Assembly (NCBI RefSeq): GCF_037042905.1 | Contig: NC_087254.1 | Location: 30,566,001-30,630,000, forward strand | DNA from: Lytechinus pictus | Lineage: Eukaryota | Direction: 5' to 3' | Length of the DNA: 64,000 bases | In this document: positions 49,403-60,500 of the stretch, piece after piece | Numbering within the stretch: the stretch's first letter is position 1 | Layout of the letters: each line of letters starts with the position of its first letter | The notes under the pieces: model-generated | What the model was told of the DNA's origin: nothing | The model's input: the letters and a program-made list of their open reading frames with translations, nothing else | Database searches by the model: none | Position numbers and translations under genes: made by a program

Positions 49403-50402
49403 AGATTTATGATTTCTTTAAAAAAATTTGCTTAAATAGAATACGCCTCTCCAGTGCCAACAATGAGTAATACATTTCAGTATGTTGGTGGAGGAGATAC
49501 GACAATCTATACTTAGATCTACATAATTTTACTTTAAGTTGCGTAAATTGCCAACCCAGGTATTTTTACCTCTGTGTTACTGTAAACCTTTTTTTTAAGC
49601 CTTTGGCAGGCTCAGCCAAAAGCAGAAAGACAACAAATGCATCAATCTCAACTTAATCAAACTTTTGAAACAGAAATTTCAATTTAACCCCTCACAGAAG
49701 TAGACATGTGTCACAGCACACAAATTCATGTTATATCACTTTCAGATATGCTTAAAAAGAGGATAGGCAGTGCAATTAACTTGAATCCAAGATAGCGCAA
49801 GGTGCAAAGCACTTTATAGCCAGGATAGTACACAGTGAAACACATTGTACAAACTTCTAATACTGACACGCTGTGACTCTAGGCCTACTGATTAAAATAC
49901 TATCAAATGGAGATCAGAGAGATCAGTAAACACATTGAACTCTTCTTTCCAGATGATTGAATGATGGGTAGAATAAATATCACACGATTCACTTTGTCCA
50001 ATTTTTTGTCATAGCACTTGTATGTACATGAAGAATAACATATAATTCATAATGATTACGTCATATAATGATGTGAATTTAGAAAAATATACTTTATCAG
50101 AATACTTGCTCCTTCACCAATTCATCATCATCAAATTCATTCAAGAGCCATACATATTTGGTGTTGATTGGAGGGGGGGGGGGACAGACAATTATACCCC
50201 TTCAAAAATTTGTTAAAACCTTATAAAGAAAAGAAGTTTCACCCTCGGTGCAGTGATTTTCGGTTTTGCACTGAATGTTATTTACATGCCTTTCTTAGTC
50301 TGAACCCCCCCCCAAAAAAAAAAAAAAAAAAAATACTAATAATGATAATAAAAAATGAAAATATATCAATAATAAAATACATAAATAAATGAATCAATCA
50401 AT

Positions 50403-51370
50403 AAACAAGTGGAATGCCTCTGGCCGTCTCACCTGCATCACGCGATTCAATATAGCAGCAGTGCTGATTTTGAAAACTACTATAACTCGCACAAGATGTT
50501 CAGTGATACTTGGTTACTCTTATTTCCACGTTTTATGAACTAGACCAATACACTTATAGAGATATGATGGCAATTCAACAAATACCCCCAACGTGGCCAA
50601 AGTTCTTTGACCTTACATGACCTTTGACCTTGATCATGTGACCTGAAACTCGCACAGGATGTTCAGTGATACTTGATTACTATTATGTCCAAGTTTTATG
50701 AACTAGACCAACACACTTTCAAATTTATGGCTGTAATTCAACAAATACCCCAATTTGGGCAAAGTTCATTGACCCTAAATGACCTTTGACCTTGATCATG
50801 TGACCTGAAACTTGCACAGGATGTTCAGTAATACTTGATTACTATTATGTCCAAGTTTCATGAATCAGATCCATAAACTTTCAAAGTTATGATGGTAATT
50901 CAACAGATACCCCCAATTCGGCCAAAGTTCATTGACCCTAAATGACCTTTGACCTTGGTCATGTGACGTGAAACTCATGCAGGATGTTCAGTGATACTTG
51001 ATTAACCTTATGTATAAGTTTCATGAACTAGGTCCATATATTTTCTAAGTTATGATGACATTTCAAAAACTTAACCTTAGGTTAAGATTTTGATGTTGAT
51101 TCCCCCAACATGGTCTAAGTTCATTGACCCTAAATGACCTTTGACCTTGGTCATGTGACATGAAACTCAGGCAGGATGTTCAGTATTACTTGATTAACCT
51201 TATGGCCAAGTTTCATGAACTAGGTCCATATACTTTCTAAGTTATGCTGTCATTTCAAAAACTTAACCTAAGGTTAAGATTTGGTGTTGACGCCGCCGCC
51301 GCCGCCGTCGCCGCCGCCGTCGGAAAAGCGGCGCCTATAGTCTCACTCTGCTATGCAGGTGAGACAATAA
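50403..51370. mobile_element. Helentron/HINE-like non-autonomous element with internal tandem repeats
   Basis: Subterminal IR GTCTCACCTGCAT (50426-38) / ATGCAGGTGAGAC (51353-65). 3' hairpin GTCTCAC..GTGAGAC, a (GCC)n microsatellite, ~4.5 internal units of 160-190 bp, A-rich flanks. Confidence 0.7.
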
Positions 51371-51561
51371 AAAATAAAAATAAAGAAATTGAATTCATTC
51401 CTAACCTCACCCACATTCACAACTACCACAATCCTCAAACCAAAATCCCACAATCCTTTACCCAAATAATATGCTATTGACATATTAAGCCCTGATGAAT
51501 CCTTGCAAGAACAAATTCTGAAATCTGAATCACTTATAATCTTCCTCAACCTAACCACTCT

Positions 51562-54500
51562 TTATTTAAGTCCATTCTTGTCCAGCTTTTCTCCAATGAA
51601 TTTGAATTTCTTTAGAGCCATTTCAATATCTTTCTCTGTGACATGGTGATTCATGGCAGCTCGCAATGAGTTAGCAGTCTCTGGAAACAGCTTTACCTGG
51701 GAACATGAATCAAAGATAGTCAAAACTATTTTAATACCTTAAATAAATTAATATTACAGGTAAATGTTTATGAACCATTGATAACACATATTAATGGAAA
51801 CTGCTTCAAGCAATTAAGATGAGTTTGTTCTGGTTTATTTCATAAGATACAATTCTAAAATTAATAAGACTAAGAGAATAGTGTGTGTGTAATTGTGTTT
51901 TTTCAGACGTGTATGAATCAGATATCTAGAACTAACCTTTACCAACACCATCTCAAAGATACAAATCAGGGTTCAAATCTGGAATCTGAAACCCATGTAG
52001 CCTGAATCACAGGCAATCTGGAATCTGAAACCCATGTAGCCTGACTCACAGGCAATCTGGAATCTGAAACCCATATAGCCTGACTCACAGGCAATCTGGA
52101 ATCTGAAACCCATGTAGCCTGACTCACAGGCAATCTGGAATCTGAAACCCATGTAGCCTGACTCACAGGCAATCTGGAATCTGAAACCCATGTAGCCTGA
52201 CTCACAGGCAATCTGGAATCTGAAACCCATGTAGCCTGACTCACAGGCAATCTGGAATCTGAAACCCATATAGCCTGACTCACAGGCAATCTGGAATCTG
52301 AAACCCATATAGCCTGACTCACAGGCAATCTGGAATCTGAAACCCATGTAGCCTGACTCACAGGCAATCTGGAATCTGAAACCCATATAGCCTGACTCAC
52401 AGGCAATCTGGAATCTGAAACCCATATAGCCTGACTCACAGGCAATCTGGAATCTGAAACCCATGTAGCCTGACTCACAGGCAATCTGGAATCTGAAACC
52501 CATATAGCCTGACTCACAGGCAATCTGGAATCTGAAACCCATGTAGCCTGACTCACAGGCAATCTGGAATCTGAAACCCATATAGCCTGACTCACAGGCA
52601 ATCTGGAATCTGAAACCCATGTAGCCTGACTCACAGGCAATCTGGAATCTAAAACCCATGTAGCCTGACTCACAGGCAATCTGGAATCTGAAACCCATGT
52701 AGCCTGACTCACAGGCAATCTGGAATCTGAAACCCATATAGCCTGACTCACAGGCAATCTGGAATCTGAAACCCATGTAGCCTGACTCACAGGCAATCTG
52801 GAATCTGAAACCCATGTAGCCTGACTCACAGGCAATCTGGAATCTAAAACCCATGTAGCCTGACTCACAGGCAATCTGGAATGTGACACCCATATAGCCT
52901 GAAACCCAACATCAGCCAATTGGTATTGTACAACGCCTACTTAGCTTGTTGTACGCGAGCAAATGGGAGGCGGAATGTCAAACATTTGTACCGTTGCACA
53001 AAAGACGTACCATCCAGAATGTACCGTTGCACGGCTTTAGGAGGTGACGTCACAATACAATTTAATTCACTGCGCTCAGTGAAAATGAAGGTGCAATGCG
53101 CGTATAAGCCTGCTGGCTAAATGTGCAATGCTGCCAAAGGTCATACATGATGTGCGCTTGTGGGATTTTGCTTTCCACTTTCAGTATTTTTGCTCCCTTT
53201 TCATAGATTACTATAGGGATAAACTCTTGTTTTTTCATATTTTCGCTAAATTCCGAGGCGTTGTACAACACAAATAGCGAATATTCTTCGCGCAATTGTG
53301 CAAGATTTGGCATTTGGTGAAAGAAATAAAACGCTCTATTCATCTTGGCTAACGCCTCGTTGAATAGAGAATCTTTCTTTCACCTCATGCAAAATCTCGC
53401 ACCATCGCACTCATGCCTATTTGCTATTTGTATAATCTATGGTTTATGGACAACTTTGACATTAAGGAATATCATCGGGCACAGGTACAGCCGAGACAAT
53501 ATTTTGGAGAGGCCGACTGTTGTGCAATAACAAAAAGTCGGCCCCTGAAATGGTATTGTGTTCAACTTGGCTAGATCCGCCACTGAATATCATTGTCATA
53601 CCTGAATACTCTGACCAAGGGTAGCAATTTCATCATCAGCTACGTTTCCTAGGAGCTGAGCGGCTTGCATGGATGGAATGTCTTCTCGTATTAGAACATG
53701 TACCATATTTGTCTGTGTGTTCTCTGGGATGGATGTGAAGACTGGGTTACCCATCTCTTTTAGACCTGATTCAAAATGCACAAATTAAAGAAAATGGATA
53801 TTGTGACTAGGTTAGAACATTAATTAATCAATAAATAAATTACTTTTTTAAAAGAAGAGAAAAGTGCATTCACCCAACCATGGTTGTAAATAAAGTTAGA
53901 TAAAGACTTGTGGAGTGTTGCAAGAAACTTGCAATCGATTGCAAATCAAGTTTTTGTCTCCAAATCAATAATAAGTCTGGTAATTAATTGCAAATTTTTA
54001 ATTGATCACTGGTCTGCTTCGGTTTTCAAGTATAAAGTCATTTGCTTGATTTGATACTGATCTATCACTTGTAAATTTGCGATTGATTGCAAATATTTTC
54101 TTGCAACACCCCCTTAGGGGTGACAATAGTGACTGACAACCCCCCCCCCCCCCTGACTCTGAGAAACACACTTAAAAATAATACATATTTTATGACAACT
54201 TTCTTTAAATTTCTGGCTAAACACTAATTTCATGACATAAACATCTTAAAGCAGGCAGAGAGCATGCATGGTAATAAAAAGTAACCACTTTGAAATAATC
54301 TTTCTTATTTCATGTGACATATGCACAAAAAATTTCTCAATGCAAACTGGCCTATGTTGGCAACATACATGTGTAAACTTACCTTTGGATAGCTTTTGAG
54401 CATTTTTATGGTCGACATGGAGTCTTGCATATCCTTGATCTATGCCCACCAGAGCGGCAGCGGCAAGCACACCACACTGTCGCATACCTCCCCCTAAAGC

Positions 54501-57500
54501 TTTCCTGTGCCTCAAAGCTCTGGTGAAAGAAATTAATACCTATGTGTTACCAACCTGAGGTTATGCTGAAGATAATGAGGAATGGTTACACTGAATAACT
54601 GCAATGCAGCAACTAAGTTGCAAACAAACAGAAAATGGCCATGCCTTTGCAAGATTCATAAAGTTATGGGCCGATATATCCAAATTGAAATCCTGCTCAG
54701 AAATCTTCTTTTCATTGTCCTATGTGGTTGATGAAAGGTTTGAAATTAAATATTATTTGAAGGTTTAAGCTGAGGAAAGGGAGGTCATTAAGTGGTTAAT
54801 ATTCATTTTTTCTGTTGTGATACTTAGTTTCTTTACGGTACTGATCCACTGGTCCCCGCCAAAAATCACTGGCAAACATAGGTAAAAAAAAACTGTTATG
54901 ACACGGCTGTAGTGAATTTGTAAATAGAGTACCGAAGTGATGAAGTCACAAAAAAACTTTTTTTTTGCATTTCAGAATTTCTGATACCACATTTTGTTAG
55001 AGCATGATGAAATACCTCCACTACCGAATTTTGGTGCGAATCGGTCCATGGGGGCCTGAGATTTGACCCCATGAATACATAATTAGCCCCATTGAAGTCA
55101 ATGTATTATTGGCCTGGTTCTAAAAGTTAGGAACATTGACATGAGGTCATTATCTTAGGCCCCCATGGACCGATTCTCACCAAATTTTGGAAGTGGGGGT
55201 ATTTCATCATGCTCTACCAAAATATGGTATAAAAAATCCTGAAATGCAAAATCGGAAAATTGATGACGTCAAACTTCGGTACTCTGTAGTAAGGCACCTT
55301 GTCAAAAGTCACAGCCATGTCTTCCTGCAGAAATCCTGCAAGTAGATTTTCATTACAAACCATCACAGTTGCCATAGACAAGACAATGGGGACTGCAGGA
55401 AAGCTCCAATGAAAAGATGCATTATATCATCCTAATAGTGATTTATCCTGCTGAACGACGCATCACAGAATTTGGACAAGATGCTTAAAGGTCAAGTCCA
55501 CCCCAGGAAAATGCTGACTTGAATGAATAGAGAAAAATCAAACTAGCATAGTGCTGAAAATTTCATCAAAATCGGATGTAAAATAATAAAGTTATGACAT
55601 TTTAAAGTTTTGCTTATTTTTCACAAAACAGTGATATGCACAACTAGGTGACTCATACCCCTTTCATATTGCGCTTTTCCCCGGCAAAGTTCACCAGCGA
55701 AGGGGAAAGTGTCCAGTATGAAAGGTACACCGGAGAACTTTACCGGCAAAATTCTCAACCAACCTCTAGAGGTGGAGAACTTCGCCAGTGAAACAGCCAG
55801 TATGAAAGCAAACCGGAGAACTTCTCCTCCTTAATGACGTCAGATGTAATTTTTTCCTCCCCGAAATCCCCTGAACTGAGATTATGCGCGCTAGCTAGCT
55901 ATTATTTCCGCGGCTAAATGTAGAAGGCCACGCTTTATGAGCTATTCGATCATTCCATAGTTAAATACCCTCGAAAATACAGTTTTTTTTTTCTACTAAT
56001 GATATTTATTTTAAAAGCGTTAGTTTACATGCTAAAAATGTGCTGAAAATATCAAAATACTTTGATTCGTCTTTTGTTTTGCTTCTAATATTTCTAGAAT
56101 ATATATATATTTTATTTAACCTTTTTGTAATCGGTAAGAAGCAATGTTTACAATTTTCTTTTCGTTCGTTCTAATTCTGCAATCTGCATGGAAGTGCCGA
56201 GTAAGCTGAGCAGCAACTGCTGCTGAGAAGTGTTTACCAGCCGTCATCTCCAAAACTTCACTGAGAAAATTAATTAGGTATCTGCAATTAATAAGGAAAG
56301 AGTACGATTAAAATTAAAATTTTAAAAAAAACGTGCGCTTTCATTGACACCGGGTTTGCACTTATTCCCCCCGAGCAAATCACCCGTTGACTTTCGCCGG
56401 GGAAGAGATGTCAGTGCGAAAGGGTACATTTTTTTCTTCGCCTGGAAAGTGAGGAATGCGTGCCGGAGAAGTTCGCCGGGGAAAAATGAAGAGGCCAGTC
56501 TGAAAGGGGTATCAGTCGATGATGTCCATCACTCACTATTTCTTTTGTTTTTTATTGTTTGAATTATACAATATTTCATTTTTCATAGATTTGACAATAA
56601 AGACCAACTTGACTGATCCATATAGTATTAAACAATGCTTATTCCACATGTTCAGGAAGGAATTAATTGTTGTATCACTTGACAATGAGGAGAAAATAAG
56701 AATATTTCATATAATAAAATACAAAAGAAATAGTGAGTGGATGACATCATAGTCTCCTCATTTGCATACCAGCCAGGATGTGCATATAACTGTTTTGTGA
56801 AATTAAGCGAAACTTTAATATGTCATAACTTTCTTATTTTACATATGATTTTTGATGAAATTTTCAGTGTTATGCTTGTTGGATTTTTCTCTTTTTATCT
56901 CTTTATCTCTCTTTTAAGCATCCTATCCAGGCTGGAAAGTTAGTTGCTTATTTTCATCTGCATTCATAAATGATACAATATTTATTTTTTTCATAATATG
57001 ATATCCGTCATTAGAGCCATCCATGTTGTTAATACTAGTATGTAATCATTAGATTAGATTTTTGTAAGAACATACAATGAGACCTTTCCCTTTGAGGTAT
57101 TTCCCTTTCAGAGGCTTGGAATTTTTTTTTAAATGCACCAAACTTTTTACCATAATTAAAAGTAACATGAATATGGAAATAAATGAAAAAGAATATACAA
57201 AAGCGGTATGACCTTGTGCAAAAAAATATTGGATGTACCGGTAATTTGTGCTATGAGAATAGAAAAAATATTAGTAGGACCAAGAAAATTACCAACATTA
57301 ATTAGTGGATAGGCTATAAATATTGAGCTTTGCAATATTGCTTGGAATTTTGCATTCTGCAGACTATAAAAAGCAAGCTAAAAATTTTTTTTCTTTCTTC
57401 CATTTCCCCTCATTTTATTTATTTATTATTTTTTTGGTGTGTGTGGGGGGGGGGGGGGGATGCACAACTATGTTTCACCAGCAAAGCAGCCATCTTACAC

Positions 57501-60500
57501 AATAAAAGAAAGATTAGATAATCTCAGCGCTCTTAGTACTGACTTATGTTAGTAATACCCGTTAAGGATGCCTTCTAATGTTGGTCCACTGAGGTATAAT
57601 ATTTTGATATTTTATAACCATAATATCATAATACAATCTTATTATTTACTGGAGATGGGGACAATTTTATGATAGAGTAAATAAAGTAAAAATGATGTCT
57701 TCCCATGATAAAAGACAGAAGGTGGAGTCATTTTTATTCTCACATTTATGGTAACTATGCCATTGAATGTTAACTATCATGGAATCCTTAATTTTCATTG
57801 GCTGTTGGGATTGATTAACATAAAAGTTACTAAAGGTGCACACATGGTAATACATACAGCATTTTAATCAATAAAAGAGCAAGGTAGATTGAATGCTTGA
57901 GGCCGCACCGGAAATCGAACCCCAGATTTCCATGGTGTAATCAGGCACCATAGACCACTCGGCCAAGGCACCTGGTCTATAACATAGTAAGGTATCTTAA
58001 CTATCTTAAATGCAACTGTGACATGATGAAATTGTTATAATCTGATGATAGTTTGTACTAAATTAAGAACGACTTCCCAAAACAAAGTACAAATTCACAT
58101 TGATAATCAAGCACAATGGGTAAATAAATGAGCATAATATAATTTGTAAACAAATTTTAGGCATGACTCCCATGTATTGAAGATCGTATGCTCGATCTGT
58201 AATGAATATCATAAGTCAGAAAAAAAAATGGAACCAGTGGGATTCGAACCTGCCATCTACTGCTTGTCTGGCAGCGACTCAACCACCAGGATATTCTGGT
58301 TCACGGCTTAGTTTTGATGAACTGGAATTCAAATACCCTCAATCCTTTTCTTTCTGCCTCATTAATATGCAAATGCAGTCCGCAGTGGACAATAGATAGC
58401 AAATTTTGTTAATAGGAGGAAATTATAATTTGTAAACAAATAACATAATATACTTATTGTCTTAGACTTGATGAATTATCATCACACTTTTGATAATTAA
58501 ATCATTAATTATATGAGACATATTACAATGTTTTTTTTAATTTGCCCTTCAAACCAAACACAAGTGTTAAATTACAAGAACACAGTACAAAGACAATATA
58601 TACGGTTCCACAATGTTCTCACTTGGGCCCATTTTGCTTTAGGCTACACTTAAAACTTACCAACTTACACTTAACATTTCTCTTTAAATTGTTCACTGGT
58701 GATTCAAATATTTTTCAAACTTTTGATAAAAGACAGAGAAATACATGTAAGATCATTATCAAACTGATAAACTTGAAGAAAATCACATTTGTAATTTTGT
58801 ATAGTGATAATGAAACAATAGCAATCATTTGCAATACATTACATATGTTTTTTCAATCACACTTATTGAAATGAATAGGAAAAGTGCAGCATCTTAACAC
58901 TGATCAGGCACCTTAAAAGCACTACCTGAAATATTTGCAAATTAAAAATTTTAACACATTAATTAGTACATGATTCATCAAAATTAAAAAAGATAATGCC
59001 TTGTTTCATAAAATGCATAGATCATAGATTTAAGAATTTGTTATGTGCATGTTTTGAATCTTCCCTTGTCTTAACCATTTAATGTCAGATCATTATGCCT
59101 CTGCCATCACCACAATTTTCTACTTAAATTCTGAAAATTGTGGTATTTAACCATAACAATGGAAACAAAACAAATCGAGCCATTTCAAAACCTTTTCATA
59201 GAAAATACACTCATGAAATCATACACGCAATATGATATGATTCCTTTATGTACAAGCCTCTTACCTCCAAGGATTTGCATACTCTGGACTATCAGTTTTA
59301 TTGCTTGTTTTTTTTTTTTTTTTTTTTTTTTTAGATATGAAGGTGATAGAATTCATAACATCATCTTGTATTCAGTCATTGATGATATGCTTAATGAAAC
59401 AGTGTTCTACCCCTCTGGGTTAATTATAAGTGGGAAAGATACTCACCTTGCGATTAAGTCATTAGATCCTATAAGGGCAGACCCCACTGGACAGCCAAGT
59501 CCCTAATAAATATAGAGAGTGGGTATGTTTTTAACGAGAATACAAATACAGACAATAACAATTTCATTTGTCCTCCTTCCCTTCTTTTCTACATGTATTT
59601 TCTATTAAACAATGCCAGTTATCGTCATTCTTTTCTACAGCTAACAAATTTATTATTCATTGTGTTGAGAGGAGTAAATACAAGGGTTACTTTTTCTACT
59701 ACAATTTTGGATCCTAGTTCACATCTGTTGCATTAAGCTCTTTCAAAGCATGTTCAAGAGGAAAATTAAATTATGATGTAAATTCGAGGATGAAAGCTAA
59801 TTTAGAGTTCAAGAAATTCTGTGTAGTTTAACGTTAAACAGATACCAATAAGTACCAATAGGTTGACGATTAATTTTATAATTCAGCATCTCAAATCATT
59901 TCAACATCACAAAGATTATGATTATAGTATAAGGGGGGGGGGGGCTGTCTGCGCATCTGTAATCTATCCTAAGATTACACATTCATTTCTACAATATTAT
60001 ACATAACTTTCAGACAATTTTGTTTGTTATATTCTGAAAAGTATCCCCAAAACCTCATAAAAAATTGACCAAAATATATATCTTGCAAAAGAAAAAAAAG
60101 CCTGTCATTTCTAAACTGGAGTTTTCCACACTATTCAAGGGTTTAAATGAGAAAGGCTGAATTATGAGGTCTTCGCATAAAATGCCTGAAATTTTCCAGT
60201 TTTGTTGTTTAATATAGCAAGCCTGCTATGATTAGATTCATGAAGATAAGGGGCACTGCATATAGGTCACCACACCATACTTGCACAAAGAAAGAGTTGG
60301 TATTGTTACCTTTGAGAAGCAGAGACTGATAGAGTCAACATACTGGGTGATGACATCAGGGGTAACATCCATAGCAACGGCTGCGTTAAGAAGACGAGCA
60401 CCGTCTAAATGAACCTTTAGATTATGCTTATCTGCTATAGCTCTCACCTAGATTGAATCAACCAAATAATGATGGCATTTATACATGCAACAAATAAAGT

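Noticed and set aside
51966-52919. 317-aa and 306-aa repetitive ORFs; CRISPR-like appearance
   Set aside because: The 39-bp unit is 13 codons, so stop-free frames are automatic. There are no unique spacers and no cas genes, and it lies in a eukaryotic intron.
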